Position numbers and translations under genes: made by a program. A stretch of DNA of 64,000 bases from Candidatus Oxydemutatoraceae bacterium. Lineage in GTDB: Bacteria; Pseudomonadota; Gammaproteobacteria; Poriferisulfidales; Oxydemutatoraceae. Location of the stretch: the NCBI GenBank assembly GCA_965218975.1, contig OZ244717.1, positions 320,001 to 384,000 of the forward strand, read 5' to 3'. Shown here one piece after another: positions 1-9,925 of the stretch (positions are counted from its first letter, which is position 1; the number at the start of each line of letters is the position of its first letter). The notes under the pieces are model-generated. The model saw only the letters and a list, made by a program, of their open reading frames with translations. It was not told the DNA's origin and searched no databases.

Positions 1-12
1 AGGGCCTGTCAT

Positions 13-208
13 CCATGACGAGACTTGGTTCTGTCAACAAGCCCCAGCCCCGACGTCCTTGTCGGGTCGTTCGCCGCTGAAAACCAATTGGTTTTCCGGG
101 CGCGTCTCACCCATGACGCGACTTGGTTCTGTCAACAAGCCCCAGCCCCGACGTCCTTGTCGGGTCGTTCGTCGCTGAAAACCAATTGGTTTTCCGGGCG
201 CGTCTCAC
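13..208. repeat. Two tandem copies of a 98-bp intergenic repeat unit
   Basis: Unit CCATGACG(A/C)GACTTGGTTCTGTCAACAAGCCCCAGCCCCGACGTCCTTGTCGGGTCGTTCG(C/T)CGCTGAAAACCAATTGGTTTTCCGGGCGCGTCTCAC starts at 13 and 111. The same unit occurs at 6248, 45002 and 45975. Confidence 0.95.
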
Positions 209-230
209 CCTGCACCGCCCTCATATCGGC

Positions 231-317
231 AACGGACAGAAAGCACCGACCCGAATGTTACTGCCGAACGCTTCCTCCGAAGCTCTTCAAAAATCCCATT
301 TAGGGTGGCATCGTACA
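231..317. repeat. 87-bp dispersed element, copy 1
   Basis: AACGGACAGAAAGCACCGA...AATCCCATTTAGGGTGGCATCGTACA is highly similar to 45301-45387. A partly inverted copy lies at 59414-59491. Confidence 0.9.
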
Positions 318-360
318 GGACCTATACAAACCCTTGTAGTTGTGCCAGAATAGCGCTTTA

Positions 361-1359
361 ATGACATCGTGTTTCACTGCAACGCCTCCAGTCTCTTCTC
401 CGCTACTTCCATTTGACGAGCACGGAAACCTAAAGCATTTTCTGACAATTGAAGGATTGTCCGAAGCACAATTCATCAATGTGCTAAATACAGCGGAGTC
501 TTTTATCGCCGATGACAATCGTAGCGTTAGAAAAATACCTTTATTGCGAGGTAAAACCATTATTAATACCTTCTTTGAAGCCAGTACTCGTACTCGTTCC
601 GCCTTCGAGCTCGCTGCAAAAAGGTTATCTGCCGATGTCATGAATTTTCATATCGATATGGCATCTTTACAAAAAGGTGAATCATTGTTGGATACATTAA
701 AAAATATCCATGCAATGGGAGTTGATATGTTTATTATCAGACATCCCAATAGCGGCGCTACCGAGTTTATTGCCCGACATCTTGGCGATAAAGTTTCTAT
801 TGTTAATGCCGGAGACGGAAGCCATGCACATCCGACCCAAGCTTTGCTTGACATGCTGACTATTAAAAAGATGAAACAGGATTTTAGGCACTTAAAAGTT
901 GCTATTGTCGGAGATATTCTACATTCGCGAGTTGCGCGTTCTGAAATTACCGCTTTGACGTTGATGGGCGTAGAAGAAATACGTTTGATTGCACCGCAAA
1001 CTTTACTGCCGACAGGTATTGATACGGAAAATATCCGGTTATATAACGATCTTGACGAAGGTTTGCGAAATGTTGATGTTGTTATTATTTTGCGTTTGCA
1101 AAAAGAGCGGATGACTAGCGCTTTTTTGCCTAGCGAAAGAGAATATTATTTATGTTACGGAGTAACGACGAAGCGTCTTTGCCATGCAAAGCCTGACGTC
1201 ATGGTAATGCATCCGGGGCCGATTAATCGCGGAGTAGAGATTAGTTCCGAGGTTGCCGATGGTCTTTATTCTGTTCTCTTAAAACAAGTCGGATTAGGGG
1301 TTGTGGCAAGGATGGCGGTGATGTCTTTGATTCTGGGTAGGCATGCCGATGACGGTTAA
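361..1359 (+). CDS. pyrB: Aspartate carbamoyltransferase catalytic subunit
   Basis: FFEASTRTRSAFE carbamoyl-phosphate motif, NAGDG-HAHPTQALLD, MHPGPINRG. ATG at 361 chosen; the ORF is open from 340. Confidence 0.95.
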   Translation: MTSCFTATPPVSSPLLPFDEHGNLKHFLTIEGLSEAQFINVLNTAESFIADDNRSVRKIPLLRGKTIINTFFEASTRTRSAFELAAKRLSADVMNFHIDMASLQKGESLLDTLKNIHAMGVDMFIIRHPNSGATEFIARHLGDKVSIVNAGDGSHAHPTQALLDMLTIKKMKQDFRHLKVAIVGDILHSRVARSEITALTLMGVEEIRLIAPQTLLPTGIDTENIRLYNDLDEGLRNVDVVIILRLQKERMTSAFLPSEREYYLCYGVTTKRLCHAKPDVMVMHPGPINRGVEISSEVADGLYSVLLKQVGLGVVARMAVMSLILGRHADDG

Positions 1360-2626
1360 GGTAGTGATACGTCAAGGAACAATCGTTGGTCCTAGTACTG
1401 GGGGAAGCGGGGTTCGTGATTTATTTATTCAAAACGGACGGATAGATCTTTCCGGTAATTTACAATCTTATGCCGATGCTAAGGTGATTAATGCTAAGGG
1501 GCGTTTGGTGTTATCCGGGCTAGTTGATTTGGCAACACATTTACGTGAACCCGGGCTTGAACATAAAGCGACCATCGCTTCAGAGTTGCGCGCAGCGATC
1601 GCTTGCGGAATCACAACATTATGCTGTTTACCCGCCACCAGTCCGCCAATTACTTCGCCATCTGATGTACAGTTGGTACAGCAACGCGCGCGGCAACAAA
1701 AGTTTGATAATGTACTTGTGATTGGCGGGATAACGGCTGATTTGAAAGGCGAGGCTTTGGCGGAGATGGCAGCATTAAAATCATCCGGCTGTGTTGCGGT
1801 GAGCAATGTTTTGAATCCTTGGGCAGATACCGGCGTTTTGAAAAGAGCGCTTGAATATGCTATGGGACTTGATTTGTTGGTTATGTTGTACCCGATGGAC
1901 TGTGCATTGAGCAAAAATGGTTGCGCACATCAGGGGAGGGTTTCCGCTCAATTAGGTTTGTCAGCTATACCGGTATCCGCGGAGACCAGCGCATTAGCAC
2001 AATATCTAGCTTTAATTGAGGATGTAGGTACGCGAGTGCACTTTTGTCGATTGTCTTGCGCACGTTCGGTAGAAATGATTGCCCAAGCGCACAAAGCAGG
2101 CCTGCCGGTTACGGCGGATGTTGCGGCGCATCAACTATTTTTATGTGATGAAGATGTACGCGGCTTTGATTCGGGGTATCATGTTTTGCCGCCATTGCGT
2201 AGTCGCGAGGACCGCGATGCTTTGAGATGGGGTTTGAGTCAAGATGTGATCAGTGCGGTTTGTTCTGATCATCAGCCGCATGATGCCAATGCCAAGCTGG
2301 CACCGTTCCCATCTTCAGAACCAGGGATTTCTTCACTGGAAACTTTATTACCCTTGATGTTTGAGCTGGTTGATGAAAGCGTCATTTCTTTAACTAAAGC
2401 GGTTGCGCTGGTAACTACAAACCCGGCACAAATATTAGGTATTGATCGAGGCCGCCTCGATGAAATGGCAATTGCCGATATTTGCATTGTTGATCCGTCT
2501 CAGCAATGGACTCTTACTAAAGAAGCCATGCTTAGCGCCGGTAAGAATACTCCGTTTCTAGGTAAGCAATTTAGTCATCGAGTCACACATACCATTATTA
2601 ATGGTGTTATTGCCTATGGTGAATAG
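1343..2626 (+). CDS. pyrC: Dihydroorotase-like protein, probably the non-catalytic PyrC' subunit of ATCase
   Basis: Amidohydrolase motifs LREPG, SDHQPH and KNTPF; overlaps pyrB. Metal-ligand histidines are replaced (DLATH for DxHxH, LYPMD, HFCRLS). Confidence 0.85.
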   Translation: MPMTVKVVIRQGTIVGPSTGGSGVRDLFIQNGRIDLSGNLQSYADAKVINAKGRLVLSGLVDLATHLREPGLEHKATIASELRAAIACGITTLCCLPATSPPITSPSDVQLVQQRARQQKFDNVLVIGGITADLKGEALAEMAALKSSGCVAVSNVLNPWADTGVLKRALEYAMGLDLLVMLYPMDCALSKNGCAHQGRVSAQLGLSAIPVSAETSALAQYLALIEDVGTRVHFCRLSCARSVEMIAQAHKAGLPVTADVAAHQLFLCDEDVRGFDSGYHVLPPLRSREDRDALRWGLSQDVISAVCSDHQPHDANAKLAPFPSSEPGISSLETLLPLMFELVDESVISLTKAVALVTTNPAQILGIDRGRLDEMAIADICIVDPSQQWTLTKEAMLSAGKNTPFLGKQFSHRVTHTIINGVIAYGE

Positions 2627-2631
2627 GGAAT

Positions 2632-3513
2632 ATGAAAATGGGGCCGAAACAGAAAATTCTTGTTGAGGATGCGTATATTATGGCGCATCATGCTTATGCG
2701 CAAGGACAATATATTATGCGCCTATCAATGCCACAATGCGCTCAACTCGCCAAGCCCGGTCAATTTATTCATTTGCAATGTTCCAAAGAACTCCCACTCC
2801 GCCGGCCATATTCAATTTTGAATGCCTGTCCGCGAGAAGGCTGGGTTGATTTTATGTATCGGGTAGTCGGTCAAGGGAGCAGTTTTTTGGCAAGAAAAAA
2901 AAAGGGTAATCGCTTAAATAGCATGGGACCGATCGGTAAACCGTTTTGTATAGCATCATCCGAAGTTAAACCTTTACTACTAGGTGGCGGATTGGGAATT
3001 CCGCCGATACTATTTTTGGCGCATTATCTAAATGATATGGATATCCGACCGGTTGCTTTTCTTGCTTCGGAAAGACCGCTTCCTTTTGATGTCAGTCAGT
3101 CCTCTCATGCGCAAGGGATTTTTAAAGATTTAGAAGTACGAGCGACACTGACCATGCTGGAGAAGCGAGGAATAGTCGCACGTTTATGTAGCCGGAAAGA
3201 TTATCCCGGCTACTTTAGAGGGCGTATTGATCATTTGACGGATTTTTGGCTGGCTAACCTCAGTCGAATGGAACAACGGCAAACAGAAATTTTTGCATGC
3301 GGCCCCCCTGCAATGTTGAAAAACATTGCGCTGCTCGCCAAAAGGTACCAAATCGCATGTCAAGTATGTGTTGAAGAGTATATGGCATGTGGTGTGGGCG
3401 GTTGCGCCGGGTGTACTGTTCAAGCCATCGTTGACGGTAAACCGATAATGAAGCGTGTTTGTGTTGACGGGCCGGTTTTTTGCGCCGATGAATTGTATGG
3501 GTGCGATAAATAA
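2632..3513 (+). CDS. pyrK: Dihydroorotate dehydrogenase electron transfer subunit
   Basis: LRRPYS FAD motif, GGGLGIPP, ACGP, and the 2Fe-2S motif MACGVGGCAGC...RVCVDGPVF. Confidence 0.9.
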   Translation: MKMGPKQKILVEDAYIMAHHAYAQGQYIMRLSMPQCAQLAKPGQFIHLQCSKELPLRRPYSILNACPREGWVDFMYRVVGQGSSFLARKKKGNRLNSMGPIGKPFCIASSEVKPLLLGGGLGIPPILFLAHYLNDMDIRPVAFLASERPLPFDVSQSSHAQGIFKDLEVRATLTMLEKRGIVARLCSRKDYPGYFRGRIDHLTDFWLANLSRMEQRQTEIFACGPPAMLKNIALLAKRYQIACQVCVEEYMACGVGGCAGCTVQAIVDGKPIMKRVCVDGPVFCADELYGCDK

Positions 3514-4198
3514 ACAGACAATCGGACGTAACCTGCCTGCGGTATTATCACGCATTCGCCGATATGAGAAAAAATACAGTCGATCTGAAAATAGCGTACA
3601 ACTTTTAGCAATCAGTAAGACTAGACCAGTACAAATGATTACCGAAGGGTTTACACTTGGGCAGTGCCAATTTGGTGAAAACTATGTACAAGAAGCTGAG
3701 AAAAAGATTAATCTATTGCATAAATTAAACATAGTCTGGCATTTTACCGGCCCGATTCAAAGCAATAAAGCGAAAAAAATCGCTGCATTGTTTTCTTGGG
3801 TACACAGCGTTGACCGTATATCGGTGGCAAAAAAATTATCGGATAACAGACCGCTTACCACTCAACCGTTGAATGTATGTGTGCAGGTTAATCTCAGTGG
3901 TGAAAGCGCTAAATCCGGGGTTCCCGTTGACTCTGTTTATTCGATTGCGGATTCAGTCAAGGCGTTACCCCAGCTACGTTTGCGTGGACTTATGGCAATT
4001 CCGGCGCCGCAAAAAGACTTTGCTTTGCAACGTCGAGTATTTTCAGTACTACGTTCAATATACGAGAACATGAAGGAGGATTATTGTTTAGACACTTTAT
4101 CAATGGGAATGAGTGATGATTTTGAATCGGCGATTGCAGAGGGTGCGACGATGGTGCGGTTGGGTACGGCGATCTTTGGTCCGCGTAATACTGCCTGA
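3497..4198 (+). CDS. yggS: PLP homeostasis protein, YggS family
   Basis: LLAISKT, FGENYVQE, WHFTGPIQSNK, LSMGMSDD, GATMVRLGTAIFG. Confidence 0.93.
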   Translation: MGAINKQTIGRNLPAVLSRIRRYEKKYSRSENSVQLLAISKTRPVQMITEGFTLGQCQFGENYVQEAEKKINLLHKLNIVWHFTGPIQSNKAKKIAALFSWVHSVDRISVAKKLSDNRPLTTQPLNVCVQVNLSGESAKSGVPVDSVYSIADSVKALPQLRLRGLMAIPAPQKDFALQRRVFSVLRSIYENMKEDYCLDTLSMGMSDDFESAIAEGATMVRLGTAIFGPRNTA

Positions 4199-4430
4199 GC
4201 GTTTTGATTTTGAATAGATGCTATAAACTATTTACGTTATTTGTCGTGATGTATTGTACAAGTTCGAGAACATACCGCATCATTTACTGCTCGAACAAAG
4301 ACAATGCAATATCAGCTATTAGCCGCCGTGTCGAACCGCTTTATACATTGTGTTAAAAGAATAGACGGTTGCTAACGATAGGTACTTTGCGATAGGTGTG
4401 GGCGGCTTAGCAATTCTCTAAGAGGGATTA

Positions 4431-5177
4431 TCACGGTATGCGGCGGTGTAAGTGTTTTCGCAACGCTTGCAGCGAATGTCTGAACAGACAATAAAGCGAC
4501 ATGATTAGCGATAACCCCTGTGTATCTCTACACATTCTATAAGTCAAATATTTGGCTAGTAGAAGCTGCGAAGAAAGTGAATTACTCCGTTTTATCCAAT
4601 ACGTCATAGGCTGACGTATTCCCAACGCTGAATCACATTGTCGCAGTATATTTAACCAAGTCGCGAAATCTTCCGACATACTTAACGTGGGCATATAGAC
4701 TTTACCGAACGCCAAAGTATCATAAACCACTGTTGAAGTGCCGATGATATTTCCTCTTAGCAGGCGTTTGTAGTTCACTTTCTCCGGCACGTTTATCAAC
4801 ACTTTGCCTTTTTGTGATTTGATTATATAACTTGTATATGAAAAGCTCGCTGCTTTCCTTTGCATTTTGCCGATTTGTACTGACAATTTATGCGGCAACC
4901 AATAATCATCCGAATCAAGGAAAGCGATATATCGGCCTGTTGCTGCGTATATAGCTGAATTTCGCGCAGCGGCAGCCCCGCCATTCTTCGTGCGCTTTAT
5001 CAGTTTGATACGCGGGTCGTTTATTTTTTGAACTGTAGCACAAGTGTCGTCGGTCGACGAGTCGTCTGCAATTATCACTTCCAGGTTGTCGTATGTCTGG
5101 TTTAATACAGACTCAATGGCGCGCACTATGTAGGATGAGGAGTTATAGCTCGGTATGACGACAGATACTTTTTCCAT
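4431..5177 (-). CDS. Glycosyltransferase family 2
   Basis: VSVVIPSYN, IIADDSSTD, GAAAARN, IAFLDSDD, ED motif. Confidence 0.92.
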   Translation of the reverse strand: MEKVSVVIPSYNSSSYIVRAIESVLNQTYDNLEVIIADDSSTDDTCATVQKINDPRIKLIKRTKNGGAAAARNSAIYAATGRYIAFLDSDDYWLPHKLSVQIGKMQRKAASFSYTSYIIKSQKGKVLINVPEKVNYKRLLRGNIIGTSTVVYDTLAFGKVYMPTLSMSEDFATWLNILRQCDSALGIRQPMTYWIKRSNSLSSQLLLAKYLTYRMCRDTQGLSLIMSLYCLFRHSLQALRKHLHRRIP

Positions 5178-5312
5178 ATTAAGGGACTATATAGCTTAAG
5201 AGACGTATCCCTTTATCCGGACGGTAAAGCTTGGTCTATAAGCAGGTTATTAGCCTAATTCGCATCGGGCTGCCACAATCAATCGTAGTAAATCATGTCA
5301 GGAGTCTGTTCG

Positions 5313-6175
5313 TCAAGTGTTTGTACGTGTCCAATACATTCCGGACAAATGAGGCCCGGGTAAATAGAGCGGCTGCCGGACAATGCCTTGATAGAGGGTC
5401 ATGTCGTTTAATCTCCGGTGGGGGCGCTCGCCGTTGTAGCGTTGTAGGTAATCGATCATCTGCCGGTTAAACGCACCGATGTCTTCAAGCAGTAATGCTT
5501 CCCGATAGCCGATAAACTCTTCCTGAACCGTACGGTTGAAGCTGAAGCGCTCGTTATAAGCATTCATTTTGGGGTACCCGGGCAAGTATAGCAGTGGCGG
5601 ATCTTTCGTTGCCGAATGTATTGATCGAATGCGCCTTGAAGCTCGTTGCCGTTGTCGGTCAATACTTGCTCGATTTTGCCCGGCAAGACTGTTTGCACCA
5701 AGGCGACAAACCGAGTCGCTTGGGTGCTATTGCCGCGAGGCACTGCCGCCGAAGGCAAAGCGGCTTGAATGATCCGTTGCGGTCGGAATATAGCGTCGGC
5801 TGCCTTCGATAAAACGGATAATAGTATCGAAAGCAACACAGTGTCCGACATGCTTGGCACCGGCTTTGCGATCTAGACGCGGGCGCGGCGGCTTACGTCG
5901 CAACGGTTTAGCTTGACCTTTGCGGTCCAAGTGCTGCGGTGAGAAACGCATCCGATCCGAGGCATCTGAAATCAAGCATCCGATCGTCGCCGCACTCGGA
6001 CACAACAACCATGCTTGCGGCACCACGGCAAGAGCAACACATAAACCTTGTCCCGTCCCTAGTGGGGTATCTTAGGCGCAGACGACGGATTTCCCGGGTC
6101 AGAGTTTGCGGCCAGACCTGCCGGCGGCGTTTACGCGGCGTTCTGCTGCAGTCGTGCAAACTGCTCAACCCTCCC
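5313..6175 (-). pseudogene. Frameshifted integrase-core (IS481-like) transposase remnant
   Basis: Pieces in several frames: SRTPRKRRR..REIRRLR, VAFDTI..TATDHSSRFAF, VLTDNGNE, PKMNAYNERF-NRTVQEEF..YNGERPHRRL. The 5' part abuts the repeat cluster. Confidence 0.8.
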
Positions 6176-6541
6176 TTTTGTGTTTGTTGGCGGATTGTCG
6201 GCGGATTGTGCCGGATTGTGCCGGATTGTCGGCAAAGTGCCTGTCATCCATGACGCGACTGGGTTCTGTCAATAAGCCCCAGCCCCGACGTCCTTGTCGG
6301 GTCGTTCACCGCTGAAAACCGGTCGGTTTTCCGGGCGCATCTCACCCATGACGCGACTGGGTTCTGTCAACAAGCCCCAGCCCCGACGTCCTTGTCGGGT
6401 CGTTCACCGCTGAAAACCGGTCGGTTTTCCGGGCGCGTCTCACCCATGACGCGACTGGGTTCTGTCAATGAGCGCCAGCCCCGACGTCCTTGTCGGGTCG
6501 TTCGCCGCTGAAAACCGGTCGGTTTTCCGGGCGCGTCTCAC
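6176..6541. repeat. GGATTGT-rich lead-in plus three 98-bp units
   Basis: Units start at 6248, 6346 and 6444. The lead-in TTTTGTGTTTG..GGATTGTCGGCGGATTGTGCCGG..GCAAAGTGC also precedes the clusters at 44908 and 45881. Confidence 0.95.
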
Positions 6542-6871
6542 CCTGCCGATAGGCCAGGGGCGCCATACATACAGGGTCGAACGACTGACCTTGAATGCGT
6601 TCGGGAGTTACAACTATCCCAAAATGAGGGCATCATATTTCTGTTGAAGCTTAGAGTGCTCATGAGCCTCTATTTTTGAAGCAAAATTGGCTCATATAGA
6701 AACCTTTGATGCGGTGGCCGATGTGCTGGTATTGCATGCCGGTCACCTTTTTATTGACGTCCAAGAATCCAGTATGTATCTGGGCACGTACAATCCAAGA
6801 GTCTTTCCTTTCGGTTTGACCGGAACTCTTCGGCATAAGCGATAAAGCCGCTAAAACGGTACAATATCGAC

Positions 6872-7390
6872 ATGGCGGGTTATCTCAAACCGATTAAAGC
6901 GGACATTACCACACTCGCGGTTGACGCCGTCGTCAACGCTGCTAATTCCACTTTACTCGGCGGTGGCGGAGTTGACGGTGCCATCCATGCCGCCGCCGGT
7001 AATCAACTACGTGAAGCATGTCACAAACTCGGCGGGTGCGCGACCGGCGAAGCCAAAATCACGTCAGGGTTTCAATTGCCTGCCCGCTATGTAATCCACA
7101 CTGTCGGCCCTGTCTGGCGCGACGGCAAACATCGTGAGGCGGAAGCGCTAGCGCAATGTTACTATCACGCATTAACTCTTGCGCGACAACATTCGCTGGT
7201 TAGCATTGCCTTCCCGGCAATCAGTTGCGGCGCGTACGGATATCCCCGCGATGCTGCCGTACTTTTGGCAGTGCAAACAACCGCCCGCTGGCTGAAACAA
7301 ACCGCTTACAACTTGGATGTCTTATTTGTCAACGTCAATGAAACGCTTCATCAGCTATATCAAAATGCCTGCAATCGTTATCAACCCTAA
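6872..7390 (+). CDS. Macrodomain protein (YmdB-like O-acetyl-ADP-ribose deacetylase)
   Basis: DIT, VNAAN, GGGGVDGAIH, VIHTVGPVW, FPAISCGAYGYP. Confidence 0.93.
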   Translation: MAGYLKPIKADITTLAVDAVVNAANSTLLGGGGVDGAIHAAAGNQLREACHKLGGCATGEAKITSGFQLPARYVIHTVGPVWRDGKHREAEALAQCYYHALTLARQHSLVSIAFPAISCGAYGYPRDAAVLLAVQTTARWLKQTAYNLDVLFVNVNETLHQLYQNACNRYQP

Positions 7391-7940
7391 TACGCATCGC
7401 GTCACGACGGCAAAATACATCACTTCACCCAATGCCGACACGCGTCCGGCGGAAGTGAACTTAAACTTAATCGTAATACATTCTATCAGCGTGCCGCCCG
7501 GCGAATACGGAGGGAATGGTATTCAACAATTGTTTACGAATACACTTAATCCGAACGTACATCCATATTACCGCGATATCATGGACCTAAGAGTTTCAGC
7601 CCATATCGTGATTCGCCGCAATAGCAACTTGTTGCAGTTCGTTCCGTTCAACCGGCGCGCTTGGCATGCCGGAGAATCCCGCTACCAAGGACGTGAACAC
7701 TGTAATGATTTCTCTATCGGAATTGAATTGGAAGGCCGTGATGATCAACCGTTTGAAACGGGACAGTATCGGCAATTGGCAAAATTGGTACATGCGTTAT
7801 TGCTCGCTTATCCCAGCTTATCTGCCAAACATATTGCTTGCCACTCCGACATTGCACCGGGACGTAAAACTGACCCTGGAATTTACTTTGAGCGCAATTT
7901 TTTATCAAAATATCCTCAAAATGGCGAAACCAAACCATGA
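7365..7940 (+). CDS. ampD: 1,6-anhydro-N-acetylmuramyl-L-alanine amidase
   Basis: SPNADTRP, IHSISVPPG, VSAH, RAWHAGES, CNDFSIGIELEG, HSDIAPGRKTDPG. Confidence 0.93.
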   Translation: MPAIVINPNTHRVTTAKYITSPNADTRPAEVNLNLIVIHSISVPPGEYGGNGIQQLFTNTLNPNVHPYYRDIMDLRVSAHIVIRRNSNLLQFVPFNRRAWHAGESRYQGREHCNDFSIGIELEGRDDQPFETGQYRQLAKLVHALLLAYPSLSAKHIACHSDIAPGRKTDPGIYFERNFLSKYPQNGETKP

Positions 7941-9520
7941 ATACCGAACAATTAGTACAAAGACTAGCGGATCAAACGAACAAAGCGGTGGTCGCCGAAG
8001 GACATCAAATCGGTATTGAAAAAGAATCTTTACGCGTTGACACACACGGCGCGTTAGCTTACACACCGCATCCGGCGGCGCTAGGCGCAGCGCTAACTCA
8101 TCCCTATGTCACGACCGATTATTCCGAAATGCTACTTGAAATAATCGTGCCGCCGCAAAAGGATAATATCAATGCCGTTACATTCCTAAATAACTTGCAC
8201 ATTTATACCCATCACCATCTGGATAATGAAATTTTGTGGTCAAACAGCATGCCCTGCGTCACAAAAAATGATGTAACTATCCCATTGGCACAATATGGTT
8301 GCTCAAACATCGGCAGGATGAAAACCATTTATCGCAGCGGGCTCGGTCATCGTTACGGACGTTCAATGCAAACTATTTCCGGCATTCATTTCAACTATTC
8401 TTTTAATCCGCAACTTTGGTCTTGTCTTGCCGAAATCTTCGGTCGCGATACCGCACCCGAAACATTGCGTTCCGAATACTCAATGGGAGTCATCCGCAAT
8501 TTGATGCGCATTAGCTGGCTCATCACTTATTTGTTCGGCGCATCTCCCGCAGTTTGCAAGAGCTTTGTCGGTTCGGCACGAAATTTACAAGTTTTCGACG
8601 ACTGCTCCTTATACGGACCGTATGCGACTTCTCTGCGAATGGGAGATATCGGCTACCAAAATAATCTTGAGGCGAAAATGGATATCACGCCCTCGTACGA
8701 CTCGTTGGAAGAATATATTACATCGCTACGCCGTGCCGTAACCACGCCTTGCGAACAGTATAAAAAAATCGGCGTTTTGGTTAACGGCGAATATCGTCAA
8801 CTCAATGCCAATATTCTACAAATTGAAAACGAACATTACGCGACGGTACGGCCGAAATGTGTTGCGCGAAAAAACGAAATGCGCTTGCTCGGTTTGCACC
8901 GAGCCGGAGTCGAGTATATTGAGCTGCGTGCGCTAGACTTGAATGCATTCGACCCGGTCGGCCTTGATGTACGGCAATTGGATTTCCTTGAAGCCCTGTT
9001 CTGGCTGGCTTTACTTCAACCGAGTCCGCCGATGAATGCCGATGAGCAAAAAGAAGTTCACTATAACGAAATGTTAGTCGCTCACCAAGGACGCAAACCG
9101 GGGCTACGGCTGTTACACAACACAGCCGGAAGAAATCTGGCCGAGTGGGGCGATACAATTTGCAAGACAATTCAACCAATTGTCGAGTTACTTGATACGG
9201 CGCGCGGCGGCAATCGTTATCGCGCTGCGCTCGCTACGCAACAATACTTATTTGCCGAACCTGATGCCACCCCATCGGCAAGAGTGCTTGATGAGATGCG
9301 CACCAACCATGAAAGCTTTGCTGCAATGACGCTACGCAAGTCACATGAATTCCACCGTGACTTTTTAGCACAGTCGCTACCGGATGAACAATTAAAGCAA
9401 TGGCGTCGGCTGGTAGATGAATCTATTGCTCAGCAACAAGCGACGGAGCAACGGGAGACCCTGCCGCTGGATGACTTTATCAAAAATTACTTTGCGCAAT
9501 TAAATACGCTGCCGCAATGA
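7937..9520 (+). CDS. gshA: Glutamate-cysteine ligase
   Basis: GIEKESLRV, ALTHPYVTTDYSE, RYGRSMQTISGIHFNYS, YATSLRMGDIGY, LQIENEHY. Confidence 0.95.
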   Translation: MNTEQLVQRLADQTNKAVVAEGHQIGIEKESLRVDTHGALAYTPHPAALGAALTHPYVTTDYSEMLLEIIVPPQKDNINAVTFLNNLHIYTHHHLDNEILWSNSMPCVTKNDVTIPLAQYGCSNIGRMKTIYRSGLGHRYGRSMQTISGIHFNYSFNPQLWSCLAEIFGRDTAPETLRSEYSMGVIRNLMRISWLITYLFGASPAVCKSFVGSARNLQVFDDCSLYGPYATSLRMGDIGYQNNLEAKMDITPSYDSLEEYITSLRRAVTTPCEQYKKIGVLVNGEYRQLNANILQIENEHYATVRPKCVARKNEMRLLGLHRAGVEYIELRALDLNAFDPVGLDVRQLDFLEALFWLALLQPSPPMNADEQKEVHYNEMLVAHQGRKPGLRLLHNTAGRNLAEWGDTICKTIQPIVELLDTARGGNRYRAALATQQYLFAEPDATPSARVLDEMRTNHESFAAMTLRKSHEFHRDFLAQSLPDEQLKQWRRLVDESIAQQQATEQRETLPLDDFIKNYFAQLNTLPQ

Positions 9521-9909
9521 GTTTTCGCACTCTGGAATTACCCACCGTCACAATCGAGAAGGTTTGCCGGAACGATGATTGCCTGACGCTCAAGTTCCAC
9601 GGGGAAATCATCAAAACGATGGAAGGAGCCGATCAACGCACTCGTTGGCAACAGTCCGGTTCACTGATTATGCATGCCGTTCAAATCCAATCTGAGCCCA
9701 CGCTAACGCTACCTGTCGTATTAACCGGCGGTGATCTTATTGACAATATTTATGTCTACCGCAATATAATCCGATTGCCGCTGCACAGCTTCGGGAACGT
9801 CGGTTTTCGCTTGCAGCTAAAAAACAGCACAACGGATTTCGCGGCGGATGGCAGTGAAATCGAGGTTGTTTTGGATGGCGAACCCAAATACATCTGCCAC
9901 TTAGATTGA
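9517..9909 (+). CDS. Hypothetical protein
   Basis: 130-aa ORF with an ATGA overlap to gshA, in operon with pyrF. No motif recognised. Confidence 0.7.
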   Translation: MSFRTLELPTVTIEKVCRNDDCLTLKFHGEIIKTMEGADQRTRWQQSGSLIMHAVQIQSEPTLTLPVVLTGGDLIDNIYVYRNIIRLPLHSFGNVGFRLQLKNSTTDFAADGSEIEVVLDGEPKYICHLD

Positions 9910-9925
9910 CGACAAATACTATAAA

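Noticed and set aside
13-208. 98-bp repeats as a CRISPR array or integron attC sites
   Set aside because: Units are directly adjacent with no unique spacers or cassette ORFs, and no integron integrase is present.
25-353. ORFs over the 98-bp repeats (also near 6106, 44814-45397 and 45874-46153)
   Set aside because: The unit length is not a multiple of 3, the frame differs between copies, and there is no RBS or protein motif.
6575-6620. GACCTTGAATGCGTTCGGGAGTTACAAC resembles the 3' part of 6S RNA
   Set aside because: I could not find the long complementary 5' arm, and the usual zapA/ygfA context is absent. An Rfam search would settle it.
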